A stretch of 64,000 nt of DNA from assembly GCF_048593235.1 (NCBI RefSeq), contig NC_133622.1, positions 213,497,198 through 213,561,197 of the forward strand. The letters run 5' to 3'. Of this stretch, positions 49,829 through 61,936 are shown one piece after another. The first letter of the stretch is position 1, and each line of letters begins with the position of its first letter. The stretch is from Sminthopsis crassicaudata. Its lineage: Eukaryota. Under the pieces are notes generated by a model, which saw only the letters and a list, made by a program, of their open reading frames with translations, made no database searches and was not told the DNA's origin. The translations under genes were made by a program, and so were the position numbers.

Positions 49829-52200
49829 GTATATAGGTACAGCCCACTCTGAGAGTAGATATCTGAGCCTGGAGAGCAATCATCTGAGCTTGGATGTATA
49901 TATGCATCCTGCACCTGCTAGTGGCAAATTAGTTGAAATAATTCTGGCTAAGATATAAAGCTAACAAAGCTTATGATTGATAGAAAGGCCTATGAGGGTG
50001 GTTGATCAACTGAGCATCCAAATGGAGTTTGCATGCCAGCACTACCAACCATCAGATACAGTGATTTGAAATGTAGGTCAAACTAAAATTGAACCTATTG
50101 AGAAAATGCTCAGCTGATGGGCTGGAGATTATGCTGTCAGGCAGGGTGCAGATGTTCTAACCCTCTTTTATCCAATATCCTATTCAAATCCACAAATGCC
50201 TGCTAATTGTCTTCTCTATACAGGCAATTTATTAAATAGCGATAGTAAGATTTTTTTTTATTCAAATGTACCTTTAATAGTAATTGGCATTTATATATCA
50301 ATTTAAAAGTTCCAAACTTAATCCTATGATGTGGTTTCTAAAGATATTATGCACAATTTTATATATAAAGACACTATATCAGTGACCATATGTTTGATAA
50401 CTATCAAAGGTAAAATCTGAATCCAATTCTTCCTGAATCTGAGTCTAGCCCTTTAGTCATCATTTCTTTTCCTCAGATTCCAGTGCCCTTTTGACATGGC
50501 TCACCTTCTGAAGGAAGCGTATTCAGGATTAACAGAGGTTAAACTCTTGGGAAAAAATAACCCTCATGGAACCAATAGATATTTTGGTCTCCAATATGAA
50601 CTGTTTTTGAAGTGTGTATTCTGATAGGGGCTTAAATACATTGGTTCTCCAGGTATTAAATAAGAACTTTGTCTCTGGTGCTAAGCTGAACCATGAATAT
50701 ACACTTAAGCCTGAAACTATTTCCATTTGTGCATATAGAGATAGAGACAGAGATAGTGGTACTAGATTGTTATCTGTCTTTGTAGAGGTGTTTTAAAGAT
50801 ACCTAGAAAAAATAAGGCCAGGTTCTAACAGTCATATTTTTTTGGAAAATAAAGGCTGTCTGCACAAGAATATTCAGATAATTAAACCCATACATATTAG
50901 GGTCAGGGTTGTTCAATCAAAGTCATCAGTCATTGAACAGGCATTTATCAAAGGCTTTACTAACATTTTCCAAGTAATTGTTAAACCTCCATTCTTGTAG
51001 AATGTAAACAACCTTAATTTATTAAAAGAAACCCCTATTTATAAATTTATTATTCTGTGATTTATAGAAAGTAGAAAATTAGCTTTCTAGTATTAAGCTC
51101 CAACCTCTTCTCAACTAGAAACAGACCCAAGCCAAAAGATCTTAAATAGTAAGATTTGTTACTTCACTAATAGAAGGCAACCAAGCCCCAAATTTGAATG
51201 AAGTCCAAATTACAGACCAACCCAGAATCAGAAGAGTTTTGTGAACAGTGAATAGACCTTTCCCCACTAAACAGTGTTACCAATGTGCCTTTGACTGAAG
51301 ATTCATTGACCAATGAAAAATGTAGTCATTCCCACTATCAGGTTGCAGATAATAGGATGCTGGATTTAGAGCCAGAAACTTCAACATATTGCCAGAGAAG
51401 AACCTTGAAGAAAATAGCATTAAAAGGTGTTACCAGGGAAACCTAAGAAAAAATTAAAATAGGTTGTTCGTGTGGAAAGGATGAAATGACAATTACATCG
51501 CCAGGGTGCCCCACTGGCATCCTCACAACATCATAACAAGAAAAATGGCCCTTAGTGTGTTGGGTGGGGCCTCCCTGTTTTAAACTTATGGGAGGAAGTA
51601 AATAGATAAGATGAATCTATTTGAGTATAAATGATAAGAGAGTCTGATGATACTTAGGCTATAAGTCTTTTAAGATTATGTCCCTGCCATAAAGCATGAT
51701 GGTATACTACCTCCAAGTTATTGTCTTATTGCTCTTACGACAAAGTTTGCTATAGAAAAGAATCCTAGGATACAAAAAATGTATAGGATTAATCTCAGAG
51801 TGGTGTTACAACCCAATTTCCCTTCAAGCTCTTGTTAGTGATTATTGTTATGAAAGGACTCCTGATTTGATGTGCATGACAGTTCTCATGTTTTAAAGTT
51901 TTAACCATTTTGGTTGAATTATATATAGAACCTTAGTCCTTATAATGATAGAATATAGCCATTCATCATTGCTAGATAATAACAGTTGAGGGCCAATTTC
52001 TTGGAAACTGATAACTTTAGGGATACTCCACAATTGCCTTGCCTTAGGATGCTGATACTTTGAGTCACGATTTTATTGGTGTGGGCATTTTCTCCACCAA
52101 TATAGAGTTACTATGGCTGACAAGCTGGCTTGCCTTTGAACTGGAGACCTCTTTAAATTTGAGCTGATATTGTTGGTAAAATTGTGGATTGATTCAACCA
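48720..52200 (-). mobile_element. Fossil Ty3/Gypsy (sushi-like) LTR retrotransposon pol region, heavily decayed
   Basis: Manual translation shows motifs in RT, RNase H, integrase order: NLDFIQIW (51189-51212; cf. YLDDILIF), D*TTLT (50901-50918; cf. DWPTPT), KQFILETKISIGSMRVIFSQ (50547-50606; cf. KQFILETDASDYAxGAxLSQ), HFLNRFNFSLTY (50073-50108; cf. LFFSRFNFTLTY), NWPRIRGQFADLVQTS (about 49413-49460; cf. YWPxMRxDVxDYVxTC), and VSDR...PFW...GMLER in ORF 48904-49275. Confidence 0.7.
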
Positions 52201-52221
52201 TTCAGGAGAACAAGTTGTAAC

Positions 52222-52908
52222 TGTGCCCCAAAAGGAGACCAAACTGTGTATACCCTTTGATCCAGTGATAGCACTACTAGGTCTATGTAGTAAAGAGATT
52301 ATGAAAAAGGGAAAAAAAGACCCAGATATACAAAATATTTATAGCAGCTCTTTATGTGGCCGCAAAAAAAAAAAAATGGAAATTGAGGGGATGCTTATCC
52401 ACTGGGAAATGACTGACAAAGACGCATAGATGAATGTAATAGAAAAAAATTGTTGTATAAGAAGTGATGAATGGGCAGATTTCAGAAAAAGATAAAAAGA
52501 GTTGTTTGAATCGCTGCAAAGTATCAGCAATGTTGTGTTATAGTCAACTATGAATAACTTAGCTCTTCTTGGTAATGCAATGATCCAAGACAATTACAAA
52601 AACTCATAATGGAAACTGCTAATCATATCCAAATAAAGAACAGATAGACTCTGAAAACAGATTGAAACATATTTTTCACTTTTTTTTTCATTTTTTTGTT
52701 TATTTCTTGTCTATTTCTTTCAACTTTGACTAATGTGAAAATATATTTTACATAATTGCATTTATATAACTTATAGTGAACTGCTTAACATTTTGAGAAG
52801 AGGGACAGGGAGGAAAAAAAATTGAAACCCAAAACTTTGTAAGAATGAATGCTGAAATTGGATTTATATATAATTGGGAAAAATACTATAAAAAAAGAAA
52901 ATAAATAA
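52222..52908 (+). mobile_element. Old L1 3' fragment
   Basis: ORF 52223-52429 KLCIPFDPVIALLGL resembles the L1 ORF2 C-terminus; A-rich tail at about 52890-52908. Confidence 0.85.
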
Positions 52909-53189
52909 ACTTGGACTGCTTTTTAGATGACATATAGACCTCTGATAGGTCATTTCTTGAACCCTTTTTTGCTTGATAAAAGTCCTCCAGAGATTGTGTT
53001 CCCACAGTAAATTTTCTGAGTGCAGTGAGTGTCAAAAGTCTTTAGTTCAATTCATTTACATTTCCCAATGGAGAGATAGCACTTGTGATTACAGAATTCT
53101 AAGAAACAAACATAGCTTTATACACATTATAACAAAGAATCATAGAAACTCCAAACTAGAAACTATGAAATGAGTCAGGTCAGCTGTTT

Positions 53190-53580
53190 CTAAGGGGAGT
53201 AAAGGAAAATATAGAGTGAAGAAGAAAGAATAGTAAAAGATGAAGGCAAGATTGTGAACCTGGGTTACTAAAAGGCTGGTGGTACTTCATGATGAATAAG
53301 TGAAAATGATGAAGGTGAATTTAGGGAAGAAGACAATCTCCTTTATAGACATGTTGAGTCTGAGATGCTCATGAGACATCTAGGTGGAGATAATGTCCAA
53401 CAAGAAGCTAAAAATATGGGACTGGAATGCAAGGGGGAGGGGGAGTCAGGCTAGATTTTCTATCCTGATGGTCATTTGCATAAATATGACTTTTGAGCCC
53501 AAGGATGATAGAGAATGGGATACAAAGAAAAGGTAGAGGGTAGAACCTCATGAGATACCCAGAATTGAGATGTGGAATAT
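53190..53580 (-). mobile_element. L2 fragment
   Basis: gacatgttgagtctgagatgctcatgagacatctaggtggagat...gtcatttgcata, antisense L2 motifs. Confidence 0.6.
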
Positions 53581-53895
53581 TGATGTAGCATGTGTATAAT
53601 TCAACAAAATAAAGTTGACAATCATTGTACTTGATCCCTGAGTGACCTTTGTTTGGATTTCTTGGGGGCTGTGTCTTCTAGGCTTGTGCAATACAAACTA
53701 ACTGATTATGGACAGAGCAACAAACCTCCGTGTTTCTGGTTTTATATTTGGGGAAAGGGAAGAATTGTGCTTCTAATGGATCTCTTCAATCCTCCATATC
53801 AGACCTTTGTTTTGAAGGCTGGGTAAAAAGAAGGATAAAAAAGAGAATAAGTCAGCCTGTGGTTAACCCTTCTAGGTTATTGTAGCCAACATGCA

Positions 53896-54057
53896 TATGC
53901 CTATAAGGGCCCTTCAGGGCCCCTTATCTCATATACACATATAGCTCTACAGGGTGGGCCCCTCATTCAGGGGCCTTTCACAAAGTTCAAGAATAGGACA
54001 AGCTGGCAAGTGTGAAAGTAATGCCCCATTTAATAATTTCTACCTACACTTGGAGTC
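53896..54057. repeat. Direct repeat, copy 1 (162 bp)
   Basis: Manual alignment with 55993-56153 gives about 10 substitutions and 1 indel (about 93% identity). Confidence 0.95.
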
Positions 54058-55019
54058 TCCTATAGCATTGTATACTGTTGTAGTTATATCACACGTATCA
54101 CCACAATTCACTGATGATTGAATAGATACTCATCTTGGCTATAATTTATCTATCTCCACCCATAGGAGGCATCAGAGGATCACTTTAGTGGAGTTTTTTA
54201 ATTCTAGACTATTAAAGTAATATTTTGAATTGTAAACAGATTTAGAGATGGTCAGTGTTGTTACTGTAATGTTTGTTCTCTTATTAAATATTTGACCAGT
54301 TATATTGAATTTGTTCTCATACTTGCCTCCCTTAGAAAAACATGAACAACTCAATCTGAAAAGTTCTCAGATCCTCTCCTGACCTTCCCTGAACCTGTGA
54401 CTGTACTACTCTATGAATACTTGAGGTCCAAACTGTAGGGAATGCCAAGGGATGTTCCCCATAAGCAAACTGTTTCAAGTCTGAATACCAGCAGCAGGCC
54501 TTGGACTCGGTCGTAGGTTCTACTGATAGTTACTCATGCATGCATGGTAGTGAATTTAAAAATAAATAGATAAAAGGAAGAATGAGGACAGAAAGAAAGA
54601 CCTAAGAAAAGAACAAGGCGAAGAAAGAAGAGAAGCAGATGTGGTGGAGAGTGGCAACATGCTAATGAAAGCATCACCAAACATTTACTCAGGCTCCTAC
54701 TCCTTCTGCTGTCTGCCTTCGCTTATGCTGATTATTCTGCTATATTAAATCATTTCCATTCTTTTATTTTACCTGACTTAATTTAGCCTTTTGGAATCCT
54801 TGTTATGATATGCTCATTCTTATAAAATTAAGTATAGTCATCTGACATTAATTTCTCATGTTTCCAAGTGACTTTTATACTTTAGTTCTTTTATTATTCT
54901 TCTTTTTCATAGAAAAGGATTACAATCTCACCATTTAGACTCAATTAAAATGTTGAGTAAAAAATAGTATATTCTGGGATCTAGTGAATCCAGATTCGCC
55001 GTTTCTGATAACAATGGGA

Positions 55020-55150
55020 GAGAATGAATGAATGAGTGAAAAAGCATTTATTAAGCATTTACTCTATATAAAGCACTGAGCTAGTCCTGGAGATACAAAT
55101 GGAACCAATCCCTTATCTCAAGGAACTTACTGTCCAGTAGGGGAGAGGCA
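55020..55150 (-). mobile_element. L2 3' end
   Basis: aagcatttattaagcatttact...ggagatacaaa...tctcaaggaacttac. Confidence 0.65.
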
Positions 55151-55992
55151 GCACATAGAAGAGGTTTCAGTTTCAAGTCAACTGGACTGTTTGCCAAAGG
55201 TACAACAGTAAAGCAGACTAACACATTTTCTTTAATGTCATTTCTATTTATAACACCATGTCTATTTTTGATGTGCAACCATTTCACAATACTCAGCACT
55301 TGGGTAGAGAGAACTTTTTCCCCATATATTAAGCAACTCTGACTAGGGAGGAAGTAGGAACCATGGTGCCTTCTTGGTGGTGGTAGTTGGTCTGGGGTGG
55401 TTGGTGAAGATGCCAGGCTCTTCCTCATGAGTTGTTGTTTGCCTTAATAATAGTAATGGGATGAAGTAGAAGGGCTAAAAGCAGGACAGGTAACCTAGGA
55501 GCTAATTCAACCTCCAAGTCTTTTTGCCTTTACCTTTTCTTTGGTCGGGGTTATTTTCTTCAGGGTTTCAGGGAACTAGTAAGTCTCAGGATGCTTTGAT
55601 GCTTCAGTAATGCTGGCTTGTCTTCTCTCTTAATGGCAATTCAATGAATGAATATCATGATTAGTATGTGTAGCTAAAGTAGATTAGTTGTAGCCAAGCT
55701 AATCTGGTGGTCAGAAAATTTATCATAAAATCAATTAGTAGAGACCAAACATAAAAGTACAGCTCTCATTATCATCATCATCACTTTTGCACTAAAATGA
55801 TCCTTTTTGTAATAATCCTTTTAGTGAAATCTCCTCTAACTTGGCCTAGTGCCTAGATGCAACTTCCAAGAATGGATCTAGGTTTCCATTTTCTACTACA
55901 CAGCTCATCATAGAGTGCAGGATAAAACAAAAATCAATTTCTAGAAATCAAAGTTGCCAGTTGTGAGGCAGCCATCAGAGGTAAGGTACCTG

Positions 55993-56153
55993 TATGCCTA
56001 TAAGGGCTTTGAAGGGCCCCTTATCTCATATACACATATAGCTCTTAAGGGTGGGCCCCTCATTCAGGGGCCTTTCACAAAGTTCATGAATATGACAAGC
56101 TGGCAAGTGTGAAATTATGCTCCATTTAATAATTTCTACCTACACTTGGAGTC
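55993..56153. repeat. Direct repeat, copy 2 (161 bp)
   Basis: See copy 1. Confidence 0.95.
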
Positions 56154-56199
56154 AGTTGTTCTAGATGTGAAATATTTGATTCCCTAAGAAGGTTAGGTG

Positions 56200-56410
56200 G
56201 CTCTGTACCAGACTTAGAATCAGGAAGATCTGAATTCAAATGTTGCTTCAGACACAGCTGTATGACCTTTGACAACTTATATAACCTCCATTTGCCTCAG
56301 TTTCCTCAACTGTAAGCAAGGGAACATTAGCAACACCAATCTCCCAGTGTGGTTGTGAGAATAAATTAAGATATTTGTAAAACTGCTTTGCAGACCTTTA
56401 AGTGCTAAAT
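56200..56410 (+). mobile_element. MIR/Mar core SINE
   Basis: aatcaggaagatctgaattcaaat...gcctcagtttcctcaactgtaa. Confidence 0.7.
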
Positions 56411-57349
56411 GTTGACTCTTGTTAGTCTTACATAGAAGGCTGTTCAGCTCAAATTTAAATGTTTCTCTTAGTTATATATTGTTTATATATTACTAGAAGT
56501 TTTATGCTAAATAACCTGGTTATTGGGATGAGGTTAGTGATAGCTAAAAATTAAATGCTCAAAATGGAAAGAGCAGATCACTGATGTTGAAGTAAGGATC
56601 AATGAATGTCTACTGATTTATACTTCTACCTCATTTATTTGAGGGCCTTCCAGGGAAATTCAAAATTATAACATTATGAAATGTTGGAGTGTCAAAAGAC
56701 TTCAGATGGCTTTTGATTTAATCCTCTTCACTTTATGATGGTGAAATGAGCCACCAAAAAATAACTTGTCCCACCTCAAAATTAGTAGTTGCAATCATTA
56801 CTCAATTCTGCTAGTACCCTCACTTACCAAAGCAGTAAGAAGACAATGCTCAAATAGAGGAAAGTCTTAAGTCAATTACTTTTTTACAATCCTAAATTTG
56901 CTAAAATTATTTCATAATGCAATCCTTGTTTTTAGAGAATTATATTTTAGGTGTAGACAAAGAGATTGCTTAAAATGCATTCAGATCATTGTGTAAAAAT
57001 GTATGAAAAATTTTATGTGTTATTATTGTATGAAACATTACTGAGCCAAGAGAAATAAGAACATTTAAAAGTGGAAGTTGATTGCATTGTGTTAACAAGG
57101 CTTCCTTCTTAGACTTTTTTTCTTGGTTGGCTGAGCACACAGTATTCTACTGTAAGATACTAATTAAAGGGTAAGGTGAAAATTCATAGAATGGAAGAGA
57201 AAGGATTGTTGATTTAACCTAAGAATACTTACTATTTATTAAGCAAGAAAACTGTAGCCCAGAAAAAGCATCCAAACTTTTTTCTAGAAGCAGTTGCTTC
57301 CTATGTAATTACAGCCTTTAAGTTCATCATCTAAAGCAGGCTTAATCTA

Positions 57350-57490
57350 AAGTGAGAGGATATCCTGGCTTTGCCACTTGTTACCTGTTATGGTTTAAGC
57401 AATTTATTTCAATCTTTTGAACCTCAGTTTCTTCATCTGTAAAATATGGGGGCTGGACTAGCTGACCGTCATTGTTCATTCCAGTTGATA
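57350..57490 (+). mobile_element. MIR fragment
   Basis: acctcagtttcttcatctgtaaaatatgggggctggacta. Confidence 0.65.
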
Positions 57491-57799
57491 ATCTTATTAT
57501 CATGATTTGGATAAAATATAGTCAAAATGGCATTAAATATTCGGCAATACATTGCTAGAACTTATTTCCTTGTTATTCCAGAATCAGAAGGATTTTTAAA
57601 TCTTCCTAGGGGAAGACATTTGTGTTATTAGGACCTGAAAAACAGTAGTGGGAAATGTCAACACTGATTATTGGCAATTGTATGGTCTCCTCCTTATTAA
57701 GTAATCAAAATCTGAACCTTGGAGACAAAACTTATTTTAATCTTGGTGTGTCTGATTTATTGACCCCAACTGCTAGTGTTTCCCATTTTCTTCTCCAAC

Positions 57800-57945
57800 T
57801 CTTTTTTACAGATGAGGGAATCTAGGCAAACATTGTTAAGTGATTTGCCCAGGGTCACACAGCTAGAAAGTGTCTCAGACTGTATTTGAATTCAGGTTTT
57901 CCTGATTCCAGGTCTGATGCTCTATCCACTGTGCCTCCTACCTGT
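57800..57945 (-). mobile_element. Core SINE (WSINE1/MIR-like)
   Basis: ttacagatgaggg...tgatttgcccagggtcacacagctag...tttgaattcaggttttcctgattccagg...tatccactgtgcc. Confidence 0.7.
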
Positions 57946-57971
57946 GGTATAAGATCTTAGCTGCTCTTTCT

Positions 57972-60900
57972 TTTTTTTTTTTATTAATAATTTTTTATTA
58001 TATATATATATTTTTATAATATTATCCCTTGTATTCATTTTTCCAAATTATCCCCCCCTCCCTCTATTCCCTCCCCCCAATGACAGGCAATCCCATACAT
58101 TTTACATGTGTTATAATATAGTCTAGATACAATACATGTGTGTGAATATCATTTTCTTGTTGCACAATAAACTTTAGATTCCGAAGGTACATGCAACCTG
58201 GGCAGACAGATATTAGTGCTAACAATTTACATTCACTACCCAGTGTTTCTTCTCTGGGCGTAGCTACCTATGTCCATCATTGATCAACTGGAAGTGAGTT
58301 AGATCTTCTTTATGTTGAAGATTTCCACTTCCATCAGAATACATCCTCATACAGTATTGTTGTTGAAGTGTACAGTGATCTTCTGGTTCTGCTCATTTCA
58401 CTCAGCATCAGTTGATTTAAGTCTCTCCAGGCCTCTCTGTATTCCTCCTGCTGGTCATTTCTTACAGAGCAATAATATTCCATAACCTTCATATACCACA
58501 ATTTACCCAACCATTCTCCAACTGATGGACATCCATTCATCTTCCAGCTTCTAGCTACTACAAAAAGAGCTGCCACAAACATTTTGGCACATACAGGTCT
58601 CTTTCCGCTCTTTAGTATTTCTTTGGGATATAATCCCAGTAGTAGCACTGCTGGGTCAAAGGGTATGCACAGTTTGATAACTTTTTGGGCATAATTCCAG
58701 ATTGTTCTCCAGAATGGTTGGGTTCTTTCGCAACTCCACCAGCAATGTATTAGTGTCCCAGTTTCCCCACATCCCCTCCAACATTCATCATTATTTGTTC
58801 CTGTCATCTTAGCCAATCTGACAGGTGTGTAGTGGTATCTCAGAGTGGTCTTAATTTGCATTTCTCTGATCAATAGTGATTTGGAACACTCTTTCATGTG
58901 AGTGGATATAGTTTCAATTTCTTCCTCTGAGAATTGTCTGTTCATATCCTTTGACCATTTATCAATTGGAGAATGGTTCGGTTTCTTATAAATTAGGGTC
59001 AGTTCTCTATATATTTTGGAAATGAGACCTTTGTCAGAACCTTTGTTTTTAAAAATATTTTCCCAATTTGTTACTTCCCTTCTAATCTTGTTTGCATTAG
59101 TATTATTTGTACAGAAACTTTTTAGTTTGATGTAATCAAAATCTTCTATTTTGTGATCAATAATGATCTCTAGTTCTCCTCTGGTCATAAATTCCTTCCT
59201 CCTCCACAGGTCTGAGAGGTAGATTATCCTCTGTTCCTCTAATCTATTTATTATCTCCCTCTTTATGCCTAAATCATGGACCCATTTTGATCTTATCTTG
59301 GTATATGGTGTTAAGTGTGGATCCATATCTAATTTCTGCCATACTAATTTCCAGTTTTCCCAACAGTTTTTTCCGAATAATGAATTTTTATCCCTAATGT
59401 TGGAATCTTTGGGTTTGTCAAAGATTAGATTGCTATAGATGTACCCTTTTTTGTCCTTTGTATCTAATCTGTTCCACTGATCTACCGGTCTATTTCGTAG
59501 CCAATACCAAATGGTTTTGGTGACTGCTGCTATATAATATAGCTTTAGATCAGGTACACTTAGACCACCTTCCTCTGAGTTTTTTTTTCATTAGTTCCCT
59601 TGCAATTCTCGACCTTTTATTCTTCCATATGAATTTTGTTGTTATTTTTTCTAGGTCATTGAAATAGTTTCTTGGGAGTCTGATTGGTATAGCACTAAAT
59701 AAATAGATTAGTTTGGGGAGTATTGTCATCTTTATTATATTCGCTCGGCCTGTCCAAGAGCACTGAATGTCTTTCCAATTATTTAAATCTGATTTTATTT
59801 TTGTGGCAAGTGTTTTGTAATTTTTCTCATATAATTCCTGACTTTTCTTTGGTAGATGGATTCCCAAATACTTTATACTCTCAACATTTGTTTGGAATGG
59901 AATTTCTCTTTGTATCTTTTGCTGTTGCATTTTGTTAGTGATATATAAAAATGCTGAGGATTTATGTGGATTTATTTTGTATCCTGCCACTTTGCTGAAA
60001 TTTTGAATTATTTCTAGTAGCTTTTTAGCAGAGTCTTTGGGGTTCTCTAAGTATACCATCATGTCATCTGCAAAAAGTGATAGTTTAATTTCCTCATTTC
60101 CTACTCTAATTCCTTGAATCTCTTTCTTGGCTCTTATTGCCGAGGCTAGCGTTTCTAGTACTATATTGAATAGTAATGGTGATAGTGGGCAACCTTGTTT
60201 CACTCCTGATCTTACTGGGAAAGGTTGCAGTTTATTTCTATTGCATATTATGCTTACTGAAGGTCTTAAATATATACTCCTGATTATTCTAAGGAATAGT
60301 CCATTTATTCCTATACTTTCAAGAGTTTTTAGTAGGAATGGATGTTGGATTTTGTCAAATGCTTTTTCTGCATCTATTGAGATGATCATATGGTTCTTAT
60401 TAATTTGATTATTAATATGGTCAATTATATTAATAGTTTTCCTAATATTAAACCAGCCCTGCATTCCTGGAATAAATCCTACTTGATCATAGTGTATTAT
60501 CCTGGAGATGATTTTCTGAAGTCTTTTTGCTAATATCTTATTTAAAATTTTAGCATCAATATTCATTAAGGAGATTGGTCTATAATTTTCTTTCTCAGTT
60601 TTCGATCTACCTGGTTTAGGTATCAGTACCATGTCTGTGTCATAAAAGGAGTTTGGCAGGACTCCTTCATCCCCTATTTTTTCAAATAGTTTATATAGCA
60701 TTGGGGCTAATTGTTCTTTAAATGTTTGGTAGAATTCACATGTGAATCCATCTGGCCCTGGGGATTTTTTCCTGGGGAGTTGATTAATAGCTTGTTCTAT
60801 TTCTTTTTCTGAAATGGGACTATTTAAGCAATTTATCTCCTCCTCTGTTAATCTAGGGAGCCTATATTTTTGGAGGAAGTCATCCATTTCACTTAAGTTA

Positions 60901-61179
60901 TCAAATTTATTGGCATAAAGTTGGGCAAAGTAACTCCTTATTATTTCTCTAATTTCCTCTTCATTGGTGGAAAGATCCCCCTTTTCATTTGTAAGACTAT
61001 CAATTTGATTTTCCTCTTTCTTTTTTTTGATCAAATTTACCAAAGGTTTATCTATTTTATTGGCTTTTTCATAAAACCAACTCTTGGTTTTATTTATTAA
61101 TTCAATAGTTTTTTTACTTTCAATATTATTGATTTCTCCTTTTAATTTTTGTATTTCAAGTTTAATTTTTGGTTGGGGG
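57972..61179 (-). mobile_element. Young 5'-truncated L1 (ORF2 RT and C-terminal domain, 3' UTR, poly-A) with a 15-bp TSD
   Basis: ORFs 59550-61214 and 58334-59326 contain [22 protein letters not shown] and CWRGC...HCWWSC. TSD TTAGCTGCTCTTTCT at 57957-57971 and 61180-61194. One frameshift in the T9 run at 59580-59588. Confidence 0.97.
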
Positions 61180-61789
61180 TTAGCTGCTCTTTCTAATTTT
61201 CTGCATGTTCTCAAGGGGAGAGGGATAAGGCTTATTTTGTACCCTGATTAAGTCCTGTAGGGACTTAAATATTTGTTCATTGAATGAATAGAAACTCTTT
61301 GCTGTGCCCTTGTTGACAACTTAGCCATTAATGCATATATTATCACATCCTATAATGTGGCAAATACAGGATCACCGTGCTTATAATTTTATTACTTGGG
61401 TTAGTTAGCTTTGTTGTTGTAACATCGAGCTACAGGGTTACGTTAATTGTACTGTAACAAAAATGCTTTAAACATTCCTTATTTTTATTTTATATATTTG
61501 AATACTGAGTCTTAGATAAATTATCGTATTTCTTTAGTATTATTGTACAAACTAGAAGCAGGCCCAGAAGAATAATGAAGCTTGTATATGTGTAATGAGG
61601 GCCTGTCACATACACAGAACATCAGCAGTTTTCCACATGGAGAGGCCAGAAGCCTGTTTCTATGAGAGTTCTGAGGATGTGTAAACAAAGTGGTTTAGGA
61701 AGGCTGTGGAGCATGTATAGGCATTCTGTGACTGGTTTCAGGGCTGGATCTTCGGCTGTAGAGACATTTAAGAAGTCTTATCAGCTTAT

Positions 61790-61936
61790 NNNNNNNNNNN
61801 NNNNNNNNNNNNNNNNNNNNNNNNNNNNNNNNNNNNNNNNNNNNNNNNNNNNNNNNNNNNNNNNNNNNNNNNNNNNNNNNNNNNNNNNNNNNNNNNNNNN
61901 NNNNNNNNNNNNNNNNNNNNNNNNNNNNNNNNNNNN
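61790..61936. other. Assembly gap (N run)
   Basis: Run of N. Confidence 1.

Noticed and set aside
53896-56153. The 162-bp repeats as LTRs of the Gypsy fossil
   Set aside because: Both copies lie on the same side of pol, and about 93% identity is far too high for an element this decayed.
59723-60408. + strand ORFs 59723-59938 and 60127-60408
   Set aside because: Antisense shadows of L1 ORF2.
61340-61450. Possible mitochondrial insertion (ctcgatgtt resembles 16S rRNA on -)
   Set aside because: Only a 9-mer match; the flanks do not resemble mitochondrial rRNA.
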